A stretch of DNA of 54,287 bases from an uncultured Candidatus Competibacteraceae bacterium (GCA_964563515.1 CAZLYT010000496.1:1-54287); one strand, 5' to 3'. Positions 37,096-46,787 are shown, numbered from the stretch's first letter. Numbers and translations: made by a program. The notes: generated from the letters alone by a model not told the origin.

Positions 37096-37698
37096 ATGGG
37101 CACCAATAACTCAGTGCATGAGCGTAACCGGGTATTGATTGCTCAGGAGGCGGCCCGGATCCTCTCCGAGGAAGGCGTCAAGGATTACCGGTTGGCAAAG
37201 CGCAAGGCTGCCGACCGATTGGGGCTGCGGCCCAACGGCGACATGCCCCGCAATAGCGAGGTGGAGGCCGCGCTGCGAGAGCATCAGCGCTTGTTCGGTG
37301 GCGAAGGTCAGGCCAGGCAGCTGGCGTGCTTGCGCGCGACTGCAATCGAAGCCATGCGCTTTTTCGCGCGCTTTCGGCCGCGATTGGTGGGGCCGGTGCT
37401 GGCGGGTACGGCAGGCCTCCACACTCCCGTGGAGCTGCATTTGTTTGCCGAGACACCCGAAGAAGTCATGCTTTTCCTGATGGAGCATGACATCCCCTAC
37501 CAGTCCGCGGAGCGTCGCTTTCGGCTCAACGCCGAAGAGTACGCTTCGTATCCGGTCTACGTGTTTGCGGCCGATGAGGTTGGAATCGACTTGACTGTGT
37601 TTCCGGGCTCGCGCCGTGGCCGGCCCCCGTTGTGCCCCATCGACGGTCGACCCATTCGCCGAGCCGACCTCGCCGAGGTTGAGCGCTTGGGCAGTTAG
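37096..37698 (+). CDS. conserved-looking protein of unknown function (possible degenerate nucleotidyltransferase fold)
   Basis: The coding frame is clean at about 200 aa. The start is ATG 37096 or TTG 37084. The N-terminal half is helical (IAQEAARILSEEGVKDYRLAKRKAADRLGL). The C-terminal half has VLAGTAG..VELHLF, reminiscent of the G[ST]-x-DxD minimal NTase motif but with the acidic residues replaced. I recognise no family with certainty. Confidence 0.6.
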   Translation: MGTNNSVHERNRVLIAQEAARILSEEGVKDYRLAKRKAADRLGLRPNGDMPRNSEVEAALREHQRLFGGEGQARQLACLRATAIEAMRFFARFRPRLVGPVLAGTAGLHTPVELHLFAETPEEVMLFLMEHDIPYQSAERRFRLNAEEYASYPVYVFAADEVGIDLTVFPGSRRGRPPLCPIDGRPIRRADLAEVERLGS

Positions 37699-37709
37699 CT
37701 CCGAACTCC

Positions 37710-38999
37710 CTAACGCCGGTCCATGGCCGGCACCTCCCGGCGTGCGGCGCCGGTGTAGAGCTGGCGCGGTCGACCGATCTTCTGATCCGAGTCTGCGATC
37801 ATTTCGATCCAGTGGCTGACCCAGCCGACGGTTCGGCCAATGGCGAACATGACAGTGAACATCTCGCGCGGAATTCGCAGCGCCGAATAGATGATGCCCG
37901 AGTAGAAGTCCACGTTGGGGTAGAGCTTGCGCTCGACGAAGTACTCGTCCTGGAGCGCGATCTCCTCGAGACGCATGGCCAGCTCCATGCGTGGATCGTC
38001 ACCATACTTCTCCAGCACCTGGTGACAGATGTCCTTGATGATCTTGGCCCGGGGATCGAAGTTGCGGTACACCCGGTGGCCGAAGCCCATCAGCCTGAAT
38101 GGGTCGTTCTTGTCCTTGGCCTTGGCGATGTACTTGTCGATGTTTGATACCTCCCCGATCTGGTTGAGCATGAGCAGGACGGCTTCGTTGGCTCCGCCAT
38201 GAGCCGGGCCCCATAGGCAGGCAATGCCGGCGGCGACTGCTGCATAGGGATTTGCGCCTGACGAGCCGGCCAGCCGGACCGTGGATGTGGAAGCATTCTG
38301 CTCGTGGTCGGCATGGAGGATGAACAACACGTCCAGCGCGCGCTCGGCCACCGGATCAATCTCGTAGTTCTCGTTGGGCCAGGCAAACATCATGTGCAGC
38401 AGGTTGCCGCAGTAGCTGAGATCGGTGCGGGGATAGATGAACGGCTCGCCCGCCGCATGCTTGTAAGCAGCCGCCGCGATGGTCGGCATCTTGGCGATCA
38501 AGCGGTGCGCAGTGATCAGGCGATGCTCTGGGTGACGGATGTTCAGGGAGTCGTGATAGAAGGCGGAAAGAGAGCCCACCACGCCGGTCATCATGGCCAT
38601 GGGGTGAGCGTCGTAGCGAAAGCCGTCGAAAAACTTCCGCAGACTCTCGTTGATCATCGTGTGGCTGCGGATGGTGCGCTCGAAGTTGTCCTTCTGTTCC
38701 GGATTGGGCAGCTCGCCATTCAAGATCAGGTAGCAGACCTCCAGAAAGCTGCATTTCTCGGCCAACTGCTCGATTGGGTAACCGCGGTACAGGAGCTCCC
38801 CCTTGGTGCCATCCAGGTAGGTGATCTCGCTGCGACAGCTCGCCGTCGAGAGAAAGCCCGGGTCGTAGGTGAAGACCTTGAACTCTTTGTGCAGCTTGCC
38901 GATATCGACCACCGGCGCGCCTACCGTGCCGCGATACACCGGCAGCTCGACCTGTTTTCCGGTGTTCGGATCGGAAAGGCTCATCTTGCTATCAGACAT
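37710..38999 (-). CDS. gltA: citrate synthase (type II, hexameric Gram-negative type)
   Basis: The 429-aa product contains [31 protein letters not shown] and GFGHRVY motifs. Confidence 0.95.
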   Translation of the reverse strand: MSDSKMSLSDPNTGKQVELPVYRGTVGAPVVDIGKLHKEFKVFTYDPGFLSTASCRSEITYLDGTKGELLYRGYPIEQLAEKCSFLEVCYLILNGELPNPEQKDNFERTIRSHTMINESLRKFFDGFRYDAHPMAMMTGVVGSLSAFYHDSLNIRHPEHRLITAHRLIAKMPTIAAAAYKHAAGEPFIYPRTDLSYCGNLLHMMFAWPNENYEIDPVAERALDVLFILHADHEQNASTSTVRLAGSSGANPYAAVAAGIACLWGPAHGGANEAVLLMLNQIGEVSNIDKYIAKAKDKNDPFRLMGFGHRVYRNFDPRAKIIKDICHQVLEKYGDDPRMELAMRLEEIALQDEYFVERKLYPNVDFYSGIIYSALRIPREMFTVMFAIGRTVGWVSHWIEMIADSDQKIGRPRQLYTGAARREVPAMDRR

Positions 39000-39163
39000 G
39001 CGGCAAACCCCCTAACTTGAAGCTGCTCGGAGCGCCTGTGGGCAGGTTACTCAGCCTGCTAAAAACTCCACGTGAGATGCAGCAGCGCGGGCGCTAAATC
39101 GAGTGCGTGGACCTGGGCGGTCCTGATGCTGCCTTGCAGCATGATACGGTGTAGCGGCCCGGG

Positions 39164-39192
39164 ATCATACTGAAACGGCCTTGAAATGTCCG
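39164..39192 (-). promoter_or_regulatory. weak candidate promoter of gltA (CGGACA-N17-TATGAT)
   Basis: This is a minus-strand reading of the 276-nt rpmE-gltA spacer. It would give a leader of about 155 nt. Confidence 0.25.
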
Positions 39193-39275
39193 GGACGGGA
39201 ATTGCCGAGGTTGGCGACGAGGCGGAGAAGGCCCTCGCGGCGTGATTGGATGCCCAGATTGGGAGGCGGCTGGAC

Positions 39276-39521
39276 TCAGCGCATCCCGTATTTCTTGCGG
39301 AAGCGATCCACACGTCCGGCGGTGTCGACGATCTTCTGCTTCCCGGTGTAGAAGGGGTGTGATCGGCTGGAGATTTCTACGCGCACCAGCGGATACTCGT
39401 TGCCATCTTCCCAGGTCACCGTATCCTTGCTGGTCACGGTCGACCGGGTCTTGAACGAGAAGTCGGTGGAGATGTCCTGGAAGACGACCTCGTGATACTT
39501 GGGATGAATGTCTTTCTTCAT
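39276..39521 (-). CDS. rpmE: 50S ribosomal protein L31, type B (no CxxC zinc ribbon)
   Basis: The internal ATG at 39521 gives an 81-aa product, [28 protein letters not shown]...HPFYTGKQK. The Cys pairs of type A L31 are absent. Confidence 0.9.
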   Translation of the reverse strand: MKKDIHPKYHEVVFQDISTDFSFKTRSTVTSKDTVTWEDGNEYPLVRVEISSRSHPFYTGKQKIVDTAGRVDRFRKKYGMR

Positions 39522-39574
39522 GGAACGTTCGCCCGGTTTGTACAGAGATCCGCACGGCGTGCAGCGAGCGGCGC

Positions 39575-39603
39575 AATTTAGCGCCGTTGCTGGGTGCAAT
39601 CAA
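39575..39603 (-). promoter_or_regulatory. candidate sigma70 promoter of rpmE (TTGATT-N17-TAAATT)
   Basis: This is a minus-strand reading, about 50 nt upstream of the L31 ATG. The -10 element sits in the loop of a GGCGC/GCGCC stem. Confidence 0.5.
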
Positions 39604-39670
39604 GGGTGTCGATGCGCCGGCGCCAGCGCGCGGGCGCACTATCCCCTAGCCGCGGCTAGATTCAGTGCTC

Positions 39671-39907
39671 CTAGAGCGGCTGGGCGCGCACGATCCGATC
39701 CAGGCGTAGCTCCAAGCGGCCGCCGCCGCGCCGCCGCGCTATCAGGTACTCGGCATGCTCACGGGTTCGCAGATCCAGCGGCTGCAGGCATTCCACATGG
39801 GGAGGGGTCGCGCCGTCCTTCCACGCCACGCGCAAGCGCTGGCGGCGGACGATCCAGTGCTCGAACTGAGCGTAGAGCTCACAGGACACGGGCGTGTAGT
39901 CACTCAT
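39671..39907 (-). CDS. rof: Rof/YaeO-family Rho-binding antiterminator
   Basis: The ATG at 39907 gives a 78-aa product. MSDYTPVSCELYAQFEHWIV...AEYLIARRRGGGRLELRLDRI parallels E. coli Rof (YQPINCDDYDNLE...VEYLVVEAAGETRELRLDKI). Confidence 0.75.
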   Translation of the reverse strand: MSDYTPVSCELYAQFEHWIVRRQRLRVAWKDGATPPHVECLQPLDLRTREHAEYLIARRRGGGRLELRLDRIVRAQPL

Positions 39908-40094
39908 CTTCCCGCCGAACCTCAATGCCGGTGAGGCCCCCCGCGACATCAACCTGAATCACGAACAGGATCGGCCGGCAACAGACCCCGCAATCCTCAA
40001 CGTACTGCTGGTCGCCACCAGAACAGTCAACGACGGCCTCGTAGCGCTCGCCGCAGTGGGGGCAGTTGATCTCAACAGTCTCCAGCGGAGTCAT
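39900..40094 (-). CDS. CPXCG-motif cysteine-rich small protein
   Basis: The ATG at 40094 gives a 64-aa product, MTPLETVEINCPHCGERYEAVVDCSGGDQQYVEDCGVCCRPILF. This is the typical CPxCG...CxVCC pattern. It overlaps the hemW 3' end by 23 nt and the rof start by 8 nt. Confidence 0.8.
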   Translation of the reverse strand: MTPLETVEINCPHCGERYEAVVDCSGGDQQYVEDCGVCCRPILFVIQVDVAGGLTGIEVRREDE

Positions 40095-41238
40095 CGGGCA
40101 TGAACCCTTCGACCAGGTCATTGACGAAGCGCCGTCCGCGCTCCGTGATCTGTACAGCACCTCGCTGACAGCGGACCAATCCCATGGCTTCGCCGCGTGT
40201 CAGTCCCCGCCGCAGCGCAGCGGCGGGCAAACCCGTTCTCGCCTCGAATAACTTCAGCTCGAACCCGCCCACCAATCGCATCGCATTCAGCGCGAATTCG
40301 AACAGCGCTTCGCTTGGCTGCAATATCCGTTGCGACCCGTTGACCTCATCACCGCCAGCAAGGCGCAGATAGCGTTTCGGGTCCCGCTGCTTGGCGCGGC
40401 GCTCGATTCGTCCCGTGCTCGGACAGGTGACCTTGCCATGGGCTCCCGCACCGATGCCGATGTAGTCTCCGAAGGTCCAGTAGTTCAAATTGTGGCGACA
40501 CTCATGTCCGGGCACGGCGAAGGCGGAGACCTCGTACTGAGTATAGCCCGCCGCTTTGAGGTGTTCGCGGGCGCGCGTCTCACAAGCATCGATGGTGTCT
40601 TCCGGCGGCAGCGAAGGCGGGCGGGCAGCGAACAGCGTGTTGGGCTCGATGGTGAGCTGGTAGTGCGAGATGTGGCTTGCGCCCAGGCCGCAGGCGGTTG
40701 CAACGTCGCTCAGGGCGCGGGTTGCGTGCTGCCCCGGCAGGCCATACATCAGGTCGATATTCAATTCGCAAAACCCTGCCTGGACGGCTGCCTTGACCGC
40801 TTCCACCGCCGCGCGGCCATCGTGAATGCGTCCAATGGCTCGGAGCAATTGGTCGTCGAAGGATTGAACCCCCACCGACAGTCGCGTGACCCCGGCCGAT
40901 CGATAGCCGCGGAAACGGACGCAATCGGAAATCCCGGGGTTGGCTTCGAGGGTGACCTCGCAGCCTGGCGCCCATGGCAGGCGACCCGCGATGCCCTCCA
41001 GCAGCCGTCCGACGCCCGCGGCGCTGAACAGGCTGGGGGTGCCGCCGCCTATGAAGATCGACTGCAGGATTCGCCCGCTGACCGCTGCCGATTCGTACCG
41101 CAGGTCCGCCAGCAGTGCGTCTATGTAGTCATCCTCGGGAATGGCGCCAGAGGCGGCGTGGGAGTTGAAATCGCAATAGGGGCACTTGCGCGCGCACCAA
41201 GGCAAGTGGACGTAGAGTCCAAGCGGAGGTGCCGTCAT
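40072..41238 (-). CDS. hemW: radical SAM heme chaperone HemW (HemN-like, YggW)
   Basis: LGLYVHLPWCARKCPYCDFNSH is the radical SAM CxxxCxxC motif. The ATG at 41238 (MTAPPLGLYVH) matches the usual HemW N-terminal length. The listed ORF uses GTG 41265, which overlaps the rdgB stop. Confidence 0.88.
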   Translation of the reverse strand: MTAPPLGLYVHLPWCARKCPYCDFNSHAASGAIPEDDYIDALLADLRYESAAVSGRILQSIFIGGGTPSLFSAAGVGRLLEGIAGRLPWAPGCEVTLEANPGISDCVRFRGYRSAGVTRLSVGVQSFDDQLLRAIGRIHDGRAAVEAVKAAVQAGFCELNIDLMYGLPGQHATRALSDVATACGLGASHISHYQLTIEPNTLFAARPPSLPPEDTIDACETRAREHLKAAGYTQYEVSAFAVPGHECRHNLNYWTFGDYIGIGAGAHGKVTCPSTGRIERRAKQRDPKRYLRLAGGDEVNGSQRILQPSEALFEFALNAMRLVGGFELKLFEARTGLPAAALRRGLTRGEAMGLVRCQRGAVQITERGRRFVNDLVEGFMPDDSAGDC

Positions 41239-41257
41239 GAATTTAGGGAGACGCTGA

Positions 41258-41857
41258 TCAATCACTGAGGCCGCGAAAGTGTGACATCAGCACTGCCGCT
41301 GCCAGGGCGCGGTGGCTGCGTCGATTCTTCTCTGCGGGTGGCAGCTCGGCGGCGCTGCTGTTGGTGCCGGGCACCAGGAATATCGGGTCGTAGCCAAAGC
41401 CACCCGTGCCCCTGGGTTGGTCCAGGATGTGGCCTTCCCAGCGCCCTTGGCAGATCAGAGGGATCGGGTCCGTCGGCGCGCGCAGTAGAACCAGCACGCA
41501 GTGGAATGCGGCTGCCCGCTGTTCGCCCGATAGGTGCGCCATACGCGCCAGGAGCCGCGCCACGTTGTCACTATCGGAGGCTCCCGAGCCCGCGTAGCGG
41601 GCCGATCGCACCCCAGGCTCCCCTGCTAGAGCCGGTACCGCCAAGCCCGAATCGTCCGCCAGGGCTGGCAGCCCGGTCAGCGAAGCGGCGTGTCGCGCCT
41701 TGGCAATGGCATTTTCCACGAAGGTGGGTGCGTTCTCGGGCGCGGGCGGCACCGAGAAATCGCTCTGCGATCGCACGTCCAGACCCAGCTCTCGCAACAG
41801 CATCGCGAACTCTCGCGTCTTGCCTGGGTTGGAGCTGGCCAGCACCAGGGTGCTCAC
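41258..41857 (-). CDS. rdgB: non-canonical purine NTP pyrophosphatase (dITP/XTP pyrophosphatase)
   Basis: The 199-aa product has [13 protein letters not shown] and FGYDPIF motifs. Its GTG start overlaps the rph TGA (GTGA). Confidence 0.92.
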   Translation of the reverse strand: MSTLVLASSNPGKTREFAMLLRELGLDVRSQSDFSVPPAPENAPTFVENAIAKARHAASLTGLPALADDSGLAVPALAGEPGVRSARYAGSGASDSDNVARLLARMAHLSGEQRAAAFHCVLVLLRAPTDPIPLICQGRWEGHILDQPRGTGGFGYDPIFLVPGTNSSAAELPPAEKNRRSHRALAAAVLMSHFRGLSD

Positions 41858-42570
41858 TGCTGGAGCGCCTCGCGCTGGGCCTGGAGCAACTCGTTGATGG
41901 CCTTGTGCGCGAGATCCAACATGGCGTCGAGCTCCTCGCGCCGGAAGGCGTGGCCCTCGGCGGTGCCTTGCAACTCGATGAAGTTGCCGCCGTCGTTCAT
42001 GACCACGTTCATGTCGGTTTCCGCTTCGGCATCCTCGGCGTAGTCCAGGTCGACCACAGGCGCACCCCGGTATATGCCCACCGATACCGAGGCCACCTGG
42101 CCAATGATCGGCAGCCGCACCAGCTTGTTACGCTGCTGCAAGCCTTGGACGGCATCCACCAGGGCAACGTAGCTGCCGGTAATGGCAGCGGTGCGCGTGC
42201 CACCATCGGCCTGAATGACATCGCAGTCGATGGTGATGGTGCGCTCCCCCAGGCCGCCGAGATCGGTCACTGCCCGCAACGAGCGCCCAATCAGGCGCTG
42301 AATCTCCATGGTGCGTCCGCCCTGGCGTCCCTGGCTCGCCTCCCGTGAGCTGCGGGTGTGAGTGGCCCGCGGCAGCATGCCATATTCGGCGGTGACCCAG
42401 CCTCGATTCTGCCCCCGCAGGAAGCTGGGCACCCGATCCTCGACGCTCGCAGTGCAGATCACCCGAGTATCGCCGAACTCCACCAGGACAGATCCCTCGG
42501 CATGACGGGTGAACTGCCGCGTCAAGCGCACTGGCCGCAGCTCTTCGGGGGCGCGTCCACTAGGCCTCAT
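41854..42570 (-). CDS. rph: ribonuclease PH
   Basis: The ATG at 42570 gives [37 protein letters not shown], the canonical RNase PH start. Confidence 0.94.
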   Translation of the reverse strand: MRPSGRAPEELRPVRLTRQFTRHAEGSVLVEFGDTRVICTASVEDRVPSFLRGQNRGWVTAEYGMLPRATHTRSSREASQGRQGGRTMEIQRLIGRSLRAVTDLGGLGERTITIDCDVIQADGGTRTAAITGSYVALVDAVQGLQQRNKLVRLPIIGQVASVSVGIYRGAPVVDLDYAEDAEAETDMNVVMNDGGNFIELQGTAEGHAFRREELDAMLDLAHKAINELLQAQREALQQ

Positions 42571-42675
42571 TGCCATCTCCACCATGCCTTATCCATCCGC
42601 CGCAGTATAACAACGGCGCCCGTATTGGCGGCCGTGCGATCCGGGTTACCATGGTCGCCCCTTCGTCGCGACGCC

Positions 42676-43551
42676 ATGAGCATTCCGATGCTGCACAGCA
42701 TGACCGCTTTCGCCCGGTTGGAGCGGCGTGGCCCCTGGGGTCAGCTCACCTGGGAGCTGCGCTCAGTCAATCATCGCTACCTGGAGATTACGCCCAGGCT
42801 CCCCGAGGGGCTGCGGAACCTCGAGCCGGCGACTCGCGAGCGTGCCCAGAGTCGTCTCGGCCGCGGCAAGATCGAAGCATCGCTGCGCTTCAAGGCCGCC
42901 AGCTCCGAGACCAGCGACCTGGTGCTGGATCGGGCGCAGGCACAGCGGGTGGTGCGCGCACTTCAGGAAATTGGCGGGATGCTTGAGAAGTCGGTGCCGC
43001 CGCCCGCCATCGAGATCCTGCGTTGGCCGGGCGTGGCGGAGCAGCCCGAACCCGATATGGAACTCCTGCAGTCGGAAGCACTGCAGGGTTTCGACGCGGC
43101 CCTGGAGCAGCTGGTGGCCAGCCGTCGTCGCGAGGGCGAGCAGATAAGCGCGCTGTTGCAGCAACGCTGCGCGACTATCGCCGAGCTGGTGGCCGAGCTG
43201 CGCCTACTCAGGCCAGAGATTCTGCAACGCCAGCGGGAGCGGCTGATGGGACGGTTGGCCGACTTGCCCACTGCCGATCCGGGTCGGCTGGAGCAGGAGC
43301 TGGTGATCGTCGCTCAGCGCCTGGACGTGGAGGAGGAGCTCGACCGCCTGGACGCCCACCTGGTGGAGATTGCCGGCGTGCTGCGTCGAGCCGAACCGGT
43401 GGGGCGGCGCTTGGACTTCTTGATGCAGGAGCTCAATCGCGAGGCCAACACCTTGTCATCCAAGTCCCCGGATTCGGCCAGCACCAAGCTCATCGTCGAC
43501 TTGAAAGTGCTTATCGAACAGCTTCGCGAGCAGGTTCAGAACGTGGAGTGA
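42676..43551 (+). CDS. yicC: YicC-family stress-induced protein (RNase-adaptor/endoribonuclease YicC)
   Basis: The listed ORF (from 42358) runs antisense through rph. The ATG at 42676 (or 42688) gives M..LHSMTAFARLERRGPWGQLTWELRSVNHRYLE, matching the YicC N-terminus. The product is about 291 aa. Confidence 0.88.
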   Translation: MSIPMLHSMTAFARLERRGPWGQLTWELRSVNHRYLEITPRLPEGLRNLEPATRERAQSRLGRGKIEASLRFKAASSETSDLVLDRAQAQRVVRALQEIGGMLEKSVPPPAIEILRWPGVAEQPEPDMELLQSEALQGFDAALEQLVASRRREGEQISALLQQRCATIAELVAELRLLRPEILQRQRERLMGRLADLPTADPGRLEQELVIVAQRLDVEEELDRLDAHLVEIAGVLRRAEPVGRRLDFLMQELNREANTLSSKSPDSASTKLIVDLKVLIEQLREQVQNVE

Positions 43552-43605
43552 GGTGCGGTGGCGGCACCCCGAAACAATGGATCAGTCTCGGCTGGGGAAG
43601 GTGTC

Positions 43606-44226
43606 GTGGGGATAGCCAGCGGTCACCTCTACATCGTCTCTGCACCCTCCGGCGCCGGCAAGACCAGCCTGGTGGCAGCGCTGTTGCGGCGGGATCCCCA
43701 GGTGGTCGTCTCGATTTCACATACCACGCGCCCGCCTCGCCCGGCCGAGCGAAACGGCTACGACTACTACTTCGTTACCGCGGAGCACTTCGCAGAATTG
43801 GCTGAGTCCGGGGCTTTTTTGGAGCATGCCCAGGTCTTCGATCACCATTACGCCACCTCTCGCGCCGCCGTCGAGCGCGAGCTCTCGGCGGGTCGTGACG
43901 TGGTGCTGGAGATCGATTGGCAGGGTGCCCAGCAGATTCGCCAGGTCTGGCCCCAGGCCATCAGCGTGTTCATTCTGCCGCCATCCATCTCGGCGCTCAG
44001 GGCGCGGCTGGCAAGTCGTGGGCAGGATAGCCCCGACGTAATCGAGCGGCGCATGGCGGCGGCGCGTGCAGAGATGGCTCATTGGCGGGAGTATGACTAC
44101 ATGCTGGTCAACAACGAGTTCGACCGGACGGTGGCGGAATTGCAGGCCATCTTTTTGGCCGGGCGCCTGCGACTCGAATCCCAGAATGTCCGCCTGCGCG
44201 CACTTCTGCACGATCTGCTGTCATAA
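43606..44226 (+). CDS. gmk: guanylate kinase
   Basis: HLYIVSAPSGAGKTSL is the P-loop. GTG 43606 is preceded by GGGGAAGG and gives 206 aa, the normal Gmk size. The listed ORF starts at GTG 43558 (222 aa), and I cannot exclude that start. Confidence 0.9.
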   Translation: MGIASGHLYIVSAPSGAGKTSLVAALLRRDPQVVVSISHTTRPPRPAERNGYDYYFVTAEHFAELAESGAFLEHAQVFDHHYATSRAAVERELSAGRDVVLEIDWQGAQQIRQVWPQAISVFILPPSISALRARLASRGQDSPDVIERRMAAARAEMAHWREYDYMLVNNEFDRTVAELQAIFLAGRLRLESQNVRLRALLHDLLS

Positions 44227-44287
44227 CAGGTAGTGGCTGGTTAAACTAGCAGGTCCGGCTGCGCGGCAATGATGGAGCACAGTACTG

Positions 44288-44593
44288 ATGGCGCGAGTAA
44301 CCGTTGAGGACTGCCTCGACAGTGTTGACAACCGATTTGATCTTGTCCTGGTGGCCGCTCGCCGAGCCCGCGAAATCGCCGGTGGTGCCCAGGCGCGGGT
44401 TCCCCTGGAGAACGACAAACCCACCGTGCTGGCTTTACGCGAGATTGCCGCCGGCGTGTGCCCCACCCAGCAGACTGTAGCGGGCGACGCCTTCGGGGTG
44501 GCCGATGAGCCGGCCGAGGCCGACGAAGTCGCCGACGAGCCCAACGCGAGGCCCAACGCGAGCGGGGAGGAGCCCGAAGCCGGAGCGCCGTAG
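44288..44593 (+). CDS. rpoZ: DNA-directed RNA polymerase subunit omega
   Basis: [30 protein letters not shown] is the canonical omega sequence. The acidic C-terminal tail contains a tandem duplication. Confidence 0.94.
   Translation: MARVTVEDCLDSVDNRFDLVLVAARRAREIAGGAQARVPLENDKPTVLALREIAAGVCPTQQTVAGDAFGVADEPAEADEVADEPNARPNASGEEPEAGAP
44539..44562 (+). repeat. perfect 12-bp tandem duplication in the rpoZ 3' region
   Basis: GCCCAACGCGAG occurs twice (44539-44550 and 44551-44562). It encodes PNAR-PNAS in the acidic tail of omega. Confidence 0.95.
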
Positions 44594-44612
44594 CGCGGGC
44601 GCGGTAGCCCTC

Positions 44613-46787
44613 ATGGCCCTAGCCACCCTCCAAACCAGTTCTGAAGTCACCTCCGCTGTACAGGAGGTGGCGCCGCAGATTGATGAGCTGATAGAGCTGG
44701 TGTCAGCTTATCTCGAACCCCAGCAGTCCCAAGCCGTGCGCGCGGCGTGTGAGTTCGCCGCAGTCGCGCATTGGGGCCAGTACCGCAAGTCCGGCGAGCC
44801 CTACGTAACCCACCCCATAGCCGTCGCCCGGCTGCTCGCGGAAGTGCATTTCGACCACGCCACACTGATGGCTGCGGTGCTGCACGACGTGGTGGAGGAC
44901 ACCCGCCACACGTTGGCTGAGATTGCGGAGGGTTTCGGCGAAGAGGTGGCAGCGCTGGTGGACGGAGTCACCAAGCTGACCCAGATTCGCTTCGCCTCGC
45001 GCAAGGAAGCCCGGGCTGAGAACTTCCAGAAGATGTTCCTGGCCATGTCCAAGGACATCCGCGTGCTGATGGTCAAGCTGGCGGACCGGCTCCACAACAT
45101 GCGCACTCTGGGTGCGCTACCTGCGGCCAAGCGCCGCCGCATTGCCCACGAGACTCTGGAGATCTACGCTCCCATCGCGGGTCGGCTGGGGATGAACTAT
45201 CTGCGGCTGCAGCTGGAGAATCTGGGATTCCAGGCCCTTTATCCGCTGCGCTTCCGGGTGCTTAGCGAGGCGGTTCGGCGGGCCCGTGGCAACCGTAAGG
45301 AAATCCTGTCCCAAATCGAGGACCGTATCCGCACCCGGCTTCAGGACGAGGCGATTCACCCCAAGGTGATCGGCCGGGAGAAGCACCTCTGGGGCATCTA
45401 CAAGAAGATGCACAGCAAGCGGCTGCCATTCCGCGAGGTCTACGACGTCTATGCGTTTCGCATCATCGTCGACACTGTGGATACCTGCTACCGGGTGTTG
45501 GGCATTGTCCACAATCTCTACAAGCCCCACTTCGGGCACTTCAAGGACTACGTGGCCATTCCCAAGGCCAATGGTTATCAGTCGTTACACACGGTGTTGT
45601 TCGGGCCCCACGGTGTCCCCATCGAGGTGCAGGTGCGCACCCGGGAAATGCACATCATGGCCGAAACCGGCGTAGCCTCGCACTGGTTGTACAAGAATCC
45701 GCACAACGGCGACAGCGGCCCGCAGCAACGGGCCCGTGAATGGCTGAAGCGCGTTCTCGAGATGCAGAAGCGGGCCGGCGATTCGGTCGAGTTCCTGGAG
45801 AACGTGAAGGTCGACCTGTTTCCCGACGAGGTCTATGTTTTCACGCCCAAGGGACGAATCATCGAGTTGCCGCGAGGCGGCACCGCCGTTGACTTCGCCT
45901 ACGCCATTCATTCCGATGTGGGCAATCATTGCGTCGCCGCCAAGATCGACCGTCGGCTGGCTTCTTTGCGGACCCAGCTCGACAGCGGCCAGACGGTTGA
46001 GATCATCACCGCCCGCACCGCTCGGCCCAATCCGTCCTGGCTCGGCTTCGTTGCCACCGCCAAGGCGCGTTCCAACATCCACCACTATCTCAAGAAACTG
46101 CAGCACGAGGACGCGATCGTGCTGGGTCGCCGCATGTTGGACAAGGCGCTACTCGATTTCGGCGCCAACCTGCAGGACGTGCCTGACCAGCGCATAGCCG
46201 AGGTGGTTGCCGATCTGGGGGCAGGGAGCTTCGAGCAGGTGCTGGTCGATTTGGGGCTGGGGAAGCGGCTGGCGCCATTACTGGCGCGACGCCTGATTCC
46301 CCTGGCCGACGGCGATCCGCTTCCGAAAGATACCTCTCCGGGCGGTGACAACCGGCCACTGGCGATCAAAGGCACCGAGGGCACGGTGGTGAATTTCGCC
46401 CGTTGCTGCCGGCCGATCCCCGGTGATGCCATCCTCGCCCAACTGACTTCCGGCAAAGGCATCGTGGTGCATCGGACAACCTGCAAGAATTTGCGCGATC
46501 GCAACGCCGATCGAGTCTTGGACGTGATCTGGGCCGACGGGGTCGATCAGGACTTTCAGGCTGAGATACGGCTCGAGTCCAAGAATCAGCGCGGCGTTCT
46601 GGCCACGATCGCCGCCACCATTGCCGACAATAACTCCAATATCAGCAATGTCAGCCTTGATGAGCGCGAGGGCAACATCACCACCATGTCCTTCGTCGTT
46701 GGTGTGCGTAACCGGATCCACCTGGCTCGGGCGATGCGCCGACTTCGCTGCCTGCCCCAGGTGCTGCGCATTTCCCGAGTCGGCTGA
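44613..46787 (+). CDS. spoT: bifunctional (p)ppGpp synthetase/hydrolase SpoT
   Basis: The ATG at 44613 is 20 nt after the rpoZ stop. The product has the HD domain (YVTHPIAVA...LHDVVEDT), a RelA/SpoT synthetase domain, and TGS and ACT regions. The listed ORF start (44505) lies inside rpoZ. Confidence 0.93.
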   Translation: MALATLQTSSEVTSAVQEVAPQIDELIELVSAYLEPQQSQAVRAACEFAAVAHWGQYRKSGEPYVTHPIAVARLLAEVHFDHATLMAAVLHDVVEDTRHTLAEIAEGFGEEVAALVDGVTKLTQIRFASRKEARAENFQKMFLAMSKDIRVLMVKLADRLHNMRTLGALPAAKRRRIAHETLEIYAPIAGRLGMNYLRLQLENLGFQALYPLRFRVLSEAVRRARGNRKEILSQIEDRIRTRLQDEAIHPKVIGREKHLWGIYKKMHSKRLPFREVYDVYAFRIIVDTVDTCYRVLGIVHNLYKPHFGHFKDYVAIPKANGYQSLHTVLFGPHGVPIEVQVRTREMHIMAETGVASHWLYKNPHNGDSGPQQRAREWLKRVLEMQKRAGDSVEFLENVKVDLFPDEVYVFTPKGRIIELPRGGTAVDFAYAIHSDVGNHCVAAKIDRRLASLRTQLDSGQTVEIITARTARPNPSWLGFVATAKARSNIHHYLKKLQHEDAIVLGRRMLDKALLDFGANLQDVPDQRIAEVVADLGAGSFEQVLVDLGLGKRLAPLLARRLIPLADGDPLPKDTSPGGDNRPLAIKGTEGTVVNFARCCRPIPGDAILAQLTSGKGIVVHRTTCKNLRDRNADRVLDVIWADGVDQDFQAEIRLESKNQRGVLATIAATIADNNSNISNVSLDEREGNITTMSFVVGVRNRIHLARAMRRLRCLPQVLRISRVG

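Noticed and set aside
39522-39670. Zur box upstream of the type B L31 gene.
   Set aside because: The spacer contains no AT-rich inverted repeat of the Zur type. Only GC-rich palindromes are present (CTAGCCGCGGCTAG and GCGCCGGCGC).
42358-42675. The 106-codon N-terminal extension of the yicC ORF (listed as 397 aa).
   Set aside because: The extension runs antisense through rph and the rph promoter region. YicC homologues begin at the M..SMTAFAR motif found at 42676/42688.
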